Below, one piece after another: positions 14,119 through 23,025 of a stretch of DNA of 64,000 nt; within the stretch, counting starts at the first letter, position 1, and every line of letters starts with the position of its first letter. The stretch covers positions 19,552-83,551 of the forward strand of contig JBKBQO010000009.1 in NCBI GenBank assembly GCA_046292645.1, read 5' to 3'. The notes beneath the pieces were generated by a model, which ran no database searches, was not told the origin of the DNA, and worked only from the letters and a program-made list of their open reading frames with translations. Position numbers and translations under genes: made by a program. Origin of the DNA: Brevundimonas sp. Its GTDB lineage: Bacteria > Pseudomonadota > Alphaproteobacteria > Caulobacterales > Caulobacteraceae.

Positions 14119-15462
14119 TCAGAGGTCGTCGTCGTCCTTCAGCAGGTCTTCCTTGCTGATCGGGGTGTCGGTCACCGTGGCGGTGTCGAAGATCAGGTCG
14201 CAGACCTTCTCCTCATAGATCGGGGCGCGCATCTGGGCCGCGGCGTTGGGGTTCTGGCGATAGAAGTCCAGCACCTGACGCTCCTGGCCCGGATAGTTGC
14301 GGGCCTCGTTCATGATGGCGTTGTTCAGTTCCTGGTCGGTGATCTGGACATTGTTGGCGCGGCCGATCTCAGCCAGCACCAGACCCAGACGCACACGGCG
14401 CTCGGCGATCTTCTGATACTCTTCCTTGAGCGCCTCTTCGGACTTGGCGGCGTCCTCTTCCGGCAGGCGGCCGGCCTCCTTGTCGGACTGGACCTGCTGC
14501 CAGATGCCTTCGAACTCGGCCTCGACCATCTTCGGCGGCAGGGGGAAGTCGTGGGCCTTGTCGAGGGCGTCCAGCAGGGCGCGCTTCAGCTTGAAGCGGG
14601 CGGCGCCCGTGTACTGCTGGTTCAGGTTGGTGCGCAGCAGTTCCTTCAGCTTGTCCAGCGACTCGATGCCGATGCGCTGGGCGAAGGCTTCGTCGATGAC
14701 CGCCGGAGCCTCGGCCTTGATGGCCTTGACGGTGACGTCGAAGGTCACGGCCTTACCGGCCAGGTGCGCGACGTTGTAGTCCTCGGGGAAGGTCACGTTC
14801 AGGACCTTCTCCTCGCCGACCTTGGCGCCCTTCAGCTGCTCTTCGAAGCCGGGGATGAAACGGTTGGAGCCGATCACCAGCTGCGCGTCCTCGGCGGCGC
14901 CGCCCTCGAAGGGCTCGCCGTCCAGCTTGCCCAGGAAGTCGATGGTCAGCTGGTCGCCCTCGGCGGCCTTGACCGTCTTGCCGGTCTTGTCCTCGTACGA
15001 CTTGGCCTGGCCGGCCAGTTCGGTCAGGGCCTCGTCCAGATCGGCGTCGGTCGCCTCATAGGTCGGGCGGTCCAGCTTCAGGGCCTTGATGTCGGTCGGG
15101 GTGAAGTCGGGCATGACCTCAAGCGCCATCTCATAGGCCAGGTCTTCCTCGCCGAGGATGACCTTGTCCATGTCCGAGGTCAGCTTCATCTCGGCCGGGG
15201 CGGCGGGACGCAGCTTGGCGTCGTCGAGGGCCTTCTGGCTCGAGCTGTTCAGGGCGTCATTGACGATCTCACCCATCAGGTCGCGGCCGAAGGTCTTCTT
15301 GACGTGCGACACCGGCACCTTGCCGGGGCGGAAGCCCTTCAGCTTCACCTGCGGCGCCACTTCCTTCAGCTTGGCGGCCAGCTTCTCGTTCAGCTCGGCG
15401 GCCGGAATGGTCACCGCGATCACGCGGCTCAGGCCTTCATTGGACTTTTCGACGACTTGCAT
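14119..15462 (-). CDS. tig: trigger factor
   Basis: GFRPGKVP ribosome-binding signature; FKBP domain (FIPGFEEQL); ATG at 15462. Confidence 0.98.
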   Translation of the reverse strand: MQVVEKSNEGLSRVIAVTIPAAELNEKLAAKLKEVAPQVKLKGFRPGKVPVSHVKKTFGRDLMGEIVNDALNSSSQKALDDAKLRPAAPAEMKLTSDMDKVILGEEDLAYEMALEVMPDFTPTDIKALKLDRPTYEATDADLDEALTELAGQAKSYEDKTGKTVKAAEGDQLTIDFLGKLDGEPFEGGAAEDAQLVIGSNRFIPGFEEQLKGAKVGEEKVLNVTFPEDYNVAHLAGKAVTFDVTVKAIKAEAPAVIDEAFAQRIGIESLDKLKELLRTNLNQQYTGAARFKLKRALLDALDKAHDFPLPPKMVEAEFEGIWQQVQSDKEAGRLPEEDAAKSEEALKEEYQKIAERRVRLGLVLAEIGRANNVQITDQELNNAIMNEARNYPGQERQVLDFYRQNPNAAAQMRAPIYEEKVCDLIFDTATVTDTPISKEDLLKDDDDL

Positions 15463-15654
15463 GGTCGGGCTTCTGACGCTCTGGGGCGGCGCCCATGGGG
15501 CAGGCGCTGCGCTGTGTGGGTAAAGCAACAAGGGCCGCCCTTGGGAGGCGGCGCCTTTGAAGCCCGCCCTTATGTCGATGACCGTCCCAAAGGTCAACGT
15601 GAGAGGCTGACGTCGCCGGTTTCGGCGACGGGCCGGGACGGCTATCTAGGGCGG

Positions 15655-16356
15655 ATGACCTCCTCCCCTCCCCCCATCGGCGTCGCCGTCTTCCCCGTCA
15701 CCCCCCTGCAACAGAACTGCACCCTCGTCTGGTGCCGCCAGACGATGAAGGCCGCGATCATCGATCCGGGCGCCTCGGTCGACGCCCTGCTGGCCGCGGT
15801 GGCCAAACAGGGCCTGACCCTTGACGCCATCTGGATCACCCACGGCCACCTCGACCACGCCGGCGGCGCGGCCGAGATGCAGGAGAAGACCGGGCTCGAC
15901 ATCATCGGCCCGCATCCGGACGACCAGTTCTGGATCGACGGCATACCGGACCAGGGCCGGCTGTACGGCCTGCCCGAGGCGCGCAGCTTCACGCCGACGC
16001 GATGGCTGGCCGACGGCGACGTGCTGACGCTGGGCCAGACGACCTGGGAGGTCTACCACTGCCCCGGCCACACCCCCGGCCATGTGATCTTCTTCAACCG
16101 CCAGGCCCGGTTCGCCCAGGTCGGGGACGTGCTTTTCCAGGGCTCGGTCGGGCGCACCGACTTCCCACGCGGCGATCACGCCGCCCTTCTCAACTCGGTT
16201 GTGACCCGTCTGTGGCCCCTCGGCGACGACGTCGCCTTCGTACCCGGCCACGGGCCCAGTTCGACCTTCGGCGCCGAGCGGCGCAGCAACCCGTTCGTGT
16301 CCGATGCGGCGCTGGGCCGGACCCCGATCGCCCGGCCGGCCTCGGGGCCGGCCTGA
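15655..16356 (+). CDS. MBL-fold metallo-hydrolase (YcbL/GloC-like)
   Basis: THGHLDH, PGHTPGH, GDVLFQGSVGRTDFPRG, PGHGP. Confidence 0.93.
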   Translation: MTSSPPPIGVAVFPVTPLQQNCTLVWCRQTMKAAIIDPGASVDALLAAVAKQGLTLDAIWITHGHLDHAGGAAEMQEKTGLDIIGPHPDDQFWIDGIPDQGRLYGLPEARSFTPTRWLADGDVLTLGQTTWEVYHCPGHTPGHVIFFNRQARFAQVGDVLFQGSVGRTDFPRGDHAALLNSVVTRLWPLGDDVAFVPGHGPSSTFGAERRSNPFVSDAALGRTPIARPASGPA

Positions 16357-16380
16357 GCGACGGGAGCCCGCGGCGGCCGC

Positions 16381-16671
16381 CTAGCGTCCGATCAGCAGGC
16401 CGATGACCACGCCCAGGCCGAGGGCGTAGAGCGTCGCCTTCATCGGCTCGGTCTCCACCGCACCGCGCAGGCGCGAGGCCCGTTCACGGCCCCAGTCGCG
16501 GGCCATGGCGGCGTCTTCGCGCACGGCCTGCCGCAGCGGACGGGGCTCGGACGCGCCGGCATCGGCGTCCGCCAGGATGGCGTCGGCCTCACGGTCCAGG
16601 CGGGCCGTGACCGAGTCGGCGTCGTCTTCGATGACTTCGGGTCCGGTCGGGGCGGCGTAGGGATCGGTCAT
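16381..16671 (-). CDS. ElaB/YqjD/DUF883-like tail-anchored small protein
   Basis: C-terminal V..EPMKATLYALGLGVVIGLLIGR membrane anchor; GGAG RBS. Confidence 0.75.
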   Translation of the reverse strand: MTDPYAAPTGPEVIEDDADSVTARLDREADAILADADAGASEPRPLRQAVREDAAMARDWGRERASRLRGAVETEPMKATLYALGLGVVIGLLIGR

Positions 16672-16711
16672 GACGTAAGGCTCCGGGGGTGCGGGTGGAT
16701 CAGGCCCCTGA

Positions 16712-16736
16712 AACCCCGCCTCCCCGGCCCGGTTCC
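16712..16736 (-). promoter_or_regulatory. EcfG/SigT general-stress promoter
   Basis: Minus strand GGAAC-N16-GGTT. Confidence 0.7.
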
Positions 16737-16766
16737 GGCGAAATCGTGCGGACGCCCAATCGTGAT

Positions 16767-16792
16767 TGAACAGGGTCGACCGGAGCCGCGTT
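16767..16792 (+). promoter_or_regulatory. EcfG/SigT-like promoter
   Basis: TGAAC-N17-CGTT upstream of the 51-aa ORF. Confidence 0.55.
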
Positions 16793-16815
16793 TCACCCGG
16801 GTACAGGAGAACGCC

Positions 16816-16971
16816 ATGACCTACATTGAACCCGACAGCCCCGGCGGCGAGCCCGAGATCATGCCGCCCGAAACCCCCGGCCCCGACATCGACCCCGCGG
16901 GCGCCCCGGACGAAGTGCCGCAGCAGGACCCCGGCGGCGGCGGCGAGGGCGATTCCCGGCCGTACGACTGA
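16816..16971 (+). CDS. small acidic Pro-rich hypothetical protein (51 aa)
   Basis: AGGAGA RBS 5 nt before ATG; MTYIEPDSPGGEPEIMPPETPGPDIDP... Confidence 0.7.
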   Translation: MTYIEPDSPGGEPEIMPPETPGPDIDPAGAPDEVPQQDPGGGGEGDSRPYD

Positions 16972-17030
16972 ACGGCCGCCGCTCCCCGCAAGTCCCTGTG
17001 ATTCGTTCGCAATTGTGTGACCGGCAGGCC

Positions 17031-17055
17031 GGAACCGGACGATGAGCAGAGGGTT
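17031..17055 (+). promoter_or_regulatory. EcfG/SigT general-stress promoter
   Basis: GGAAC-N16-GGTT. Confidence 0.7.
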
Positions 17056-17095
17056 CAGTCTGCAACCGCCACCGTCGCCACGAAAGGACCCCCAG

Positions 17096-17329
17096 ATGGC
17101 TCAAGGCCAGCCTACCCGAGCCTCCGGCGTCTCCAAACGGGGCTTCGCCTCGATGGACCCGGAACGTCAACGCGAGATCGCCCGCAAGGGCGGCGCCAGC
17201 GTGCCGAGCGAAAAGCGCAGCTTTTCCCAGGACCGCGGCCTGGCCGCCCAGGCCGGCCGCAAGGGCGGCGAGGCCTCCCACGGCACGCGCGCCCGTCCGG
17301 CCGACGAGACCCCGCCGGTCGCCGAATAG
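17096..17329 (+). CDS. KGG-repeat general stress protein (GsiB/YciG-like)
   Basis: RGFASMDPERQREIARKGG...AAQAGRKGGEAS; AAAGGA RBS. Confidence 0.93.
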   Translation: MAQGQPTRASGVSKRGFASMDPERQREIARKGGASVPSEKRSFSQDRGLAAQAGRKGGEASHGTRARPADETPPVAE

Positions 17330-17389
17330 CGCGACGGCGACGTTAGATAGAGGGGCGGCTCCCGGTCCCGGTCGCCGCCCTTCCTTTGC

Positions 17390-19549
17390 CTAGGCCTCCA
17401 GTAGCGCCAGGGCCACCGAGGGCGCCGCGCTTATCTCGAAGCCGGTCATCGTCCAACCCGAGGCGTTCGCCAGTTCCCGCACCGAGGCCTCGCTGTATTT
17501 ACGCGAGCTCTCCGTATGGATGGTTTCGCCCTGGGCGAAGGCGATCGACCGCCCGCCGATCTCTACGGTCATCGCGCGCCGCGCCTCCAGATGCATCTCG
17601 ACCCGCGAGGCCTCGGCGTTCCAGACCGCCCGGTGGGCGAAGGCGTCGACGTCGAAGCCCGCGTCCAGCTCGCGATTAGCGCGCACCAGCAGATTGCGGT
17701 TGAAGGCGGCCGTGACACCGGCGGCGTCGTCATAGGCCGCGGTCAGGGTCTCGGGATCCTTGGCCAGATCGACGCCCAGGATGAACAGCGCATCCTCCCC
17801 CAGCAGGCCGCGCGCCGCCTTCAGGAAAGCTATCGCCTCGTCCCGCTCCAGATTGCCGATGGTCGAGCCGGGGAAGAAGCCGATCCGTCGGCCGGATCCG
17901 ATCCCCGCCGGCAGGGCGCCCAGATGCAGGAAATCCCCCACCAGCGGCGCGATCTTCAGCGCCGGATAGGCGTCGGCGATGCGCCGGGCGGCTTGGTCGA
18001 GGGCGTCCGCGCTGATGTCGATCGGCACATAGGCGCCCAGGTCCGGGGCCGCGTCCAGCACGATCCGGGTCTTTTCGCTGGCCCCCGAACCGAACTCGAC
18101 CAGCACCGCCTCGGCGCCGAACCGGGCCGCCCAGCGCGGGGCGACCTCGCGCAGCAGGGCCGCCTCCTGCCGCGTCGGATAGTATTCCGGCAGCCGGGTG
18201 ATGTCCTCGAACAGGCGCGACCCCTCGGCGTCATAGAACCACTTCGGCGAGGCGACCTTGGGCGAGCGCGACAGCCCCGCCAGCAGGTCCCGACGGAATC
18301 GCGTCGTTTCGCCGCCGTCGGCGGCGCGGCTCGGCGGCGCGGGGGCGTCCTCGGCCAGTCTCAGTCCCATGAAGGCCCACCTTTGCTGCGGATAGAAGAA
18401 ATTGCGGTAGCTGACGCGCGCGTGGCCCTCGGGCGTGGCGAAGCTCGCCCCCCGCAGCACCATCTGGTTGGCCATGAACTTGCCGTTGTACTCGGAGGCC
18501 GTCCCCTCGGTTGGACGGAAGCCCGGATAGGGGGCGTAGCCGCTGGCGGTCCACTGCCAGACCTCGCCGAAGGCGTTCGAAAAGACCTCCGGGCGACTGC
18601 GGATCGCATGTTCCCACTCCGCCTCGGTCGGCAGGCGCCTGCCCGCCCAGCGGGCATAAGCCTCGGCCTCATAGAAGCTCACGTGGCGCACCGGCGCATC
18701 GGCGTCGACCGGTTGGCGTCCGGTCAGTCCCATCGTGGTCCAGCCCGCTTCGTCCTGTCGCCAGTACAGAGGCGCGGTCCAGCCCTCGGCCTTCACCGTC
18801 GCCCAGCCGTCGGCCAGCCACAGATCGGGCCGGTCGTAGCCGCCGTCCTCGATAAAGCCGATCCAGTCCCGGTTGGTCACCAGATCGCGCTCCAGGGCGA
18901 AGGGCTCCAGCCAGACCCGATGCGCCGGCCCCTCATTGTCGAAGGCGAAGCCGCCGCCGGCGTGGCCGATGGTCGCCAGTCCGCCCTCGAACCGTTCGGC
19001 CCCGCCCCGCGCGCCCTCCGCCGGGCGCGCCCGGGGCTCGACAGCATAGGCGGCCGGATCCAGCGGCGATCGCGACATCAGGTTCAGCAGGTCCATCAGG
19101 AACAACTCCTGATGCTGCTGGTCATGGTGCAGGCCGAGGGTGAACAGATAGCGCTGACGGGGATCCATCGGCCCCTGGCCCAGCCATGCCGTCATCCGCC
19201 GGTCGATCTCGGCGCGATAGGCCATGACCTCGTCCAGCGAGGGCCGCGTCATCAGGCCGCGCTCGCCGCGCTCCACGCGCCGGCCCAGGGCCTCGTAATA
19301 GCTGTTGAACAGCGTCTGCAGGCGCGGGTCGACCGGCTCATATCCAGGCCCGGCGGCCAGGATCATGGCCTCGAAAAACCAGCTGGAATGCGCCAGATGC
19401 CATTTGCCGGGGCTGCAGTCGGGCATCGACTGGGCCGCCAGGTCCTCGGCGCTCAAACCCTGCGCCAGTCGCGGCATGGCGGCGCGGACGGCCTCGAAGG
19501 CTTCCAGGTCCGGGTGGCTCCGGTCAGCCGTCTGGGACAAGGTCTTCAT
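17390..19549 (-). CDS. egtB: fused ergothioneine biosynthesis protein EgtB (sulfoxide synthase) and EgtD (histidine N-alpha-methyltransferase)
   Basis: N-terminal QSMPDCSPGKWHLAH, HHDQQHQE, EYNGKFM, YRNFF; C-terminal PKWFYD..GSRLFEDITRLPEYYPTR, EFGSGASEKT, FFPGSTIGN, AYDDAAGVTAAFNRN, IHTESSRKY. Confidence 0.93.
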   Translation of the reverse strand: MKTLSQTADRSHPDLEAFEAVRAAMPRLAQGLSAEDLAAQSMPDCSPGKWHLAHSSWFFEAMILAAGPGYEPVDPRLQTLFNSYYEALGRRVERGERGLMTRPSLDEVMAYRAEIDRRMTAWLGQGPMDPRQRYLFTLGLHHDQQHQELFLMDLLNLMSRSPLDPAAYAVEPRARPAEGARGGAERFEGGLATIGHAGGGFAFDNEGPAHRVWLEPFALERDLVTNRDWIGFIEDGGYDRPDLWLADGWATVKAEGWTAPLYWRQDEAGWTTMGLTGRQPVDADAPVRHVSFYEAEAYARWAGRRLPTEAEWEHAIRSRPEVFSNAFGEVWQWTASGYAPYPGFRPTEGTASEYNGKFMANQMVLRGASFATPEGHARVSYRNFFYPQQRWAFMGLRLAEDAPAPPSRAADGGETTRFRRDLLAGLSRSPKVASPKWFYDAEGSRLFEDITRLPEYYPTRQEAALLREVAPRWAARFGAEAVLVEFGSGASEKTRIVLDAAPDLGAYVPIDISADALDQAARRIADAYPALKIAPLVGDFLHLGALPAGIGSGRRIGFFPGSTIGNLERDEAIAFLKAARGLLGEDALFILGVDLAKDPETLTAAYDDAAGVTAAFNRNLLVRANRELDAGFDVDAFAHRAVWNAEASRVEMHLEARRAMTVEIGGRSIAFAQGETIHTESSRKYSEASVRELANASGWTMTGFEISAAPSVALALLEA

Positions 19550-19648
19550 GCGGGCCCCTCCGAACCTCGACCCCTCGCCGGAGGGCGAGAATGGTCACGC
19601 TTTGTTCTATTTAGGGCGAGCATGTCGCCCGTTCAATGAACGGGAGGC

Positions 19649-20662
19649 TCAAAGCGTTGCGATGACCTGCAAAACTTCGTCGACCGCGGCCTCGGTCGTG
19701 GCCCAGGAGCAGACGAACCGCACCGAGCCGTCGTCGAACCGGTAGCACGCCCAGCCCGCGGCGTTCAGCCGCGCGTGCGCCTCGGCCGGCATGCGCACGA
19801 ACACCGCATTGGCCTCCACCGGATGGGCCAGGACGAAGGCTGAGCGCGTGGCGATCCCCGCCGCCAGTCGCTGCGCCATCAGATTGGCGTGGGCCGCCCC
19901 CGCCTCCCAGTCGCCGCTCTCCAACAGGCCCAGCATCGGCGCCGACAGGAACCGCGTCTTCGACGCCGTCTGCCCCGCCTGTTTCAGCCGGTTGTCGACC
20001 CGCCGCGCCAGCGACTTGTCGAACATGACGATCGCCTCGGCGCAATTGGCCCCGGCCTTGGCCCCGCCGAACACCAGCACGTCCACGCCCAGTCGGGCGA
20101 TCTGCGTCAGGTCGAAGCCCGCCGCCGCCGCATTGGCCAGCCGCGCCCCGTCCATATGCACGCCATAGCCCTTCAGCTTCACTGGCTCGATCAGATGGCG
20201 CAGCTCCTCCTCGGTATAGACCGTGCCGTATTCCGTGGACTGGGTCAGGCTCAGGGCCGCTGGCGGCTGGCGATGCCCGACCTCGGGCTCTTCGAGCAAC
20301 GCGTGCAGCGCCAGAGGCTCGATCTTGCCCGACAGGCCCGGCAGGCCCAGCAAACCCACGCCCGAGCCGAAGAATCCGGGCGCGCCCGTCTCGTCGGTGC
20401 AGACGTGGGCCGCGTGATGGGCCAGCACCGCCTCGTGCGGCCAGGCGAGCATCGACAGGGCGATGGCGTTGGCGGCCGTGCCCGAGAAGACGAACCGCAC
20501 CTCGGCGTCGGCGTCCAGCCTCTGGCGGATCAGGTCGGCGGCGCGGGCGGTGACGTCATCGGCGCCATAGGCCCGGGCGTATCCGCTGTTGGCGGCGATC
20601 AGGGCCTCAAGCGCGGTCGGGGCCATGCCGGCGGTGTTGTCGGATCCGAAGTCGTAGCGCAT
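19649..20662 (-). CDS. low-specificity L-threonine aldolase family PLP enzyme (beta-eliminating lyase fold)
   Basis: FGSDNTAG, YGADDVT, SGTAAN, TQSTEYGTVY, HMDGARLAN, FGGAK (PLP lysine). Confidence 0.9.
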   Translation of the reverse strand: MRYDFGSDNTAGMAPTALEALIAANSGYARAYGADDVTARAADLIRQRLDADAEVRFVFSGTAANAIALSMLAWPHEAVLAHHAAHVCTDETGAPGFFGSGVGLLGLPGLSGKIEPLALHALLEEPEVGHRQPPAALSLTQSTEYGTVYTEEELRHLIEPVKLKGYGVHMDGARLANAAAAGFDLTQIARLGVDVLVFGGAKAGANCAEAIVMFDKSLARRVDNRLKQAGQTASKTRFLSAPMLGLLESGDWEAGAAHANLMAQRLAAGIATRSAFVLAHPVEANAVFVRMPAEAHARLNAAGWACYRFDDGSVRFVCSWATTEAAVDEVLQVIATL

Positions 20663-20665
20663 GGC

Positions 20666-21634
20666 TCAGCCCTCCCCGTCGTCTGACGCCGCGGCCGCGT
20701 CGTTGCGGGCCGCCTTCTGCTCCACCGTGCGGACGGTGACCACCGGCATCACATCCTCGTCGCCATAGGGGACGGCGACCTGGTGGGGGAAGGGAATCTC
20801 GATGCCGGCGGCGTCGATCGCCTCCTTGCCGCCCTGCATCAGGTCGGCCTGGGTCTGCCACCAGTCCCCTGAGTTCACCCAGGCGTGCAGGGTGATCTGC
20901 ACCGCGCTGTCCAGCAGGCCCGTCACCCCGGTCCACGGCGCCGGATCGGCCAGGACCTTTTCATGTCCCTCGGCCACCCCGGCCAGCACGGCCCGCGCCG
21001 CGTTCAGGTCCTCGCCATAGCCGACGGTGAAATTGATCTCGACCCGCCGCGTCTTCTGGCCCGACAGGTTCAGGATGACGTCGCCCAGCACCTTGGAATT
21101 GGGCACCACGATCTTGTGATTGTTGGCGTTCGACATCTGGGTGGTGAACAGGTCCAGCCGCTGCACCGAGCCGGCCACCCCGCCGATGTCGATCACATCC
21201 CCGACCTTGTAGGGCCGAAGCACCAGCAGCAGCACCCCCGCCGCCACGTTCGACAGCGTCCCCTGCATGGCCAGGCCGACCGCCAGCGAGGCCGCGCCCA
21301 GCACGGCGATGATCGAGGTGGTCTGCACCCCCAGCCGCTGCAGAACGGCGATCAGGCCGACGATATAGACGACCACCCGCACCACCTGGACGGCGAAGCT
21401 CAGCACCGTCGGGTCGTGGCGGAAGCCGCGCACCCGCGACAACGTCCGGCGCGTCGCCCCCGAGACCCAGCGCGCCGCGAACACCGTGGCGACCAGGATC
21501 AGGATGGCGATGGTCAGATTGATCGCGAAGTCGCCGGCCATGTCGGTCAGCTTGGCGATCATGACCGTATCGACGGTCGCGGCCTTCTCGCCGGCGGCGA
21601 TGACCTGGCTCAGGGGAGAGAGGGGGGACGACAT
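20666..21634 (-). CDS. mscS: small-conductance mechanosensitive channel
   Basis: SIIAVLGAASLAVGLAMQGTLSNVAAG, RPYKVGD, VPNS, IEIPFPH. Confidence 0.93.
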   Translation of the reverse strand: MSSPLSPLSQVIAAGEKAATVDTVMIAKLTDMAGDFAINLTIAILILVATVFAARWVSGATRRTLSRVRGFRHDPTVLSFAVQVVRVVVYIVGLIAVLQRLGVQTTSIIAVLGAASLAVGLAMQGTLSNVAAGVLLLVLRPYKVGDVIDIGGVAGSVQRLDLFTTQMSNANNHKIVVPNSKVLGDVILNLSGQKTRRVEINFTVGYGEDLNAARAVLAGVAEGHEKVLADPAPWTGVTGLLDSAVQITLHAWVNSGDWWQTQADLMQGGKEAIDAAGIEIPFPHQVAVPYGDEDVMPVVTVRTVEQKAARNDAAAASDDGEG

Positions 21635-21739
21635 GGGCCGGGTCTAACGTCTCCGTCCCGATTTGGAACCCGCCTCCCGGCAAAAAAGACGGCTCGACCA
21701 CGACAATATCCGGCGTACGGTCGCGGCGAAGGCGCACCC

Positions 21740-22324
21740 ATGAAAACATCGTCATTGAAGGTCGGGGTCGATGTGCCCTGGGTCACCTGCTGGACCGGGG
21801 AGCCGACGCTCGGCGTGCGGCCCTGCCCTTCCGTCGGCGGCGCCCTGGCGATCGTCCAGACCGAGGCCGCCGGGCTCGGCAAGCCGATCTATTCCCGCAA
21901 TCATGCGGTCCGCCAGCGACTCTCCGTCCGCGACATGCTGTGCCCCATGTGCGGCCTGCCGACCCAGGCGGAGGATCGCTGGACCCAGGTGGCCCGGACG
22001 GTGACGGCCGGGGGCCTGCGCGCGAGCGGCCGGGGCGACCGCCTCCCGGCCGGGCTGGCGGACGACGCCGAACTGGTCGACGCGGGCGCGATCGCCCCGC
22101 TGCACCGGGCCTGCGCCGACCGCTCGCGGCTCTACTGCCCGCATCTGAAGGCGGATCCCCACGTCGACATCCGGCGCTTCCCGGACCGTTGGTTCGTCCT
22201 GCCCCTGATGGCGCCGGCCCGGGCCCCGATGCAGCTGTTCCTGGCCCGCCCCGCGCCCGGTCGGACCTTTGCGGTGGTCGGATTCCTGCAACTGTGCGGC
22301 CTTGCGGACGCGGTGAGCCGTTGA
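21740..22324 (+). CDS. hypothetical Cys/His-rich protein
   Basis: ATG at 21740 with AAGG RBS; VPWVTCW, H..RQR, CPMCG, PLHRACA, YCPHL. Confidence 0.75.
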   Translation: MKTSSLKVGVDVPWVTCWTGEPTLGVRPCPSVGGALAIVQTEAAGLGKPIYSRNHAVRQRLSVRDMLCPMCGLPTQAEDRWTQVARTVTAGGLRASGRGDRLPAGLADDAELVDAGAIAPLHRACADRSRLYCPHLKADPHVDIRRFPDRWFVLPLMAPARAPMQLFLARPAPGRTFAVVGFLQLCGLADAVSR

Positions 22325-22332
22325 CCTGACGC

Positions 22333-22363
22333 GAAAACGCCCCGGAGGTTTCCCTCCGGGGCG
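22333..22363 (-). terminator. intrinsic terminator
   Basis: GAAAACGCCCCGGAGG-tttc-CCTCCGGGGCG between convergent genes. Confidence 0.75.
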
Positions 22364-22386
22364 CGGTTCGCGAAGCCCGTGTCGGC

Positions 22387-22905
22387 CTAGTTGAACAGGC
22401 CGGCGATGACGGCGGTGATCAGGCCGCCGGCGACGGCGGCGAGGACCACGTCATTGCCGCTGCGGACATAGTGGTATCCGCGGGGCGGGGCGCGCAGGCC
22501 GTAGTGGCCGTAGTTGCTGACCACATACTGGTTCGAGCGGTAGTAGGACGGCATCCGTTGGCCATAGGCCCACTGGCGGGTCTGGTAGCCGCGGGGCGGC
22601 TGATACCGGCCCGCGCTGTAGCGGCGCTGCGACTGCTGCCAGCGACCGTAGGCGCGTTGGTCCTGACGGTACTCGCGACGATCCTCGCGGGCGTCCTGAC
22701 GCCATTCGCGGCGGTCGTTTCGATCATCACGGCGGTCGTCGCGGCGATCGTCGCGACGGTCATCGGCGCGCGGACCACGACGGTCGTCGTTGCGCTCCTG
22801 GCGCTGGTCATAGCCGCCGCGCGACTGGGCTTCGGCGGCGGAGGCCACGCCCAGCGAGCCCATGGCGAGAGTCGCGGCGATGGCGGCGGTGAGCATCTTC
22901 TTCAT
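22387..22905 (-). CDS. RcnB family periplasmic protein
   Basis: Signal peptide; DDRR repeats; W.YGQRMP..YR...YGLRAPPRGYHYVRSGNDVVLAAVAGGLI; AGGAGA RBS. Confidence 0.88.
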   Translation of the reverse strand: MKKMLTAAIAATLAMGSLGVASAAEAQSRGGYDQRQERNDDRRGPRADDRRDDRRDDRRDDRNDRREWRQDAREDRREYRQDQRAYGRWQQSQRRYSAGRYQPPRGYQTRQWAYGQRMPSYYRSNQYVVSNYGHYGLRAPPRGYHYVRSGNDVVLAAVAGGLITAVIAGLFN

Positions 22906-23025
22906 AAGAGGTCTCCTGGTGCGCCGAAGGATTTCGACTTGCACACACCATGGGACCCGGCGGTTGAGCCGCGTCTGAACGGCCCTGGTCACCTGCCGTT
23001 CATCGCCGGCGACCGCATCAGCCGA

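Noticed and set aside
13891-15654. N-terminal extension of the MBL hydrolase (821-aa ORF)
   Set aside because: Shadow of tig; real start at 15655
22660-22800. Tandem CGTCG/CGATC-type repeats as a CRISPR array or VNTR
   Set aside because: They encode the DDRR low-complexity region of RcnB; no spacers or cas genes
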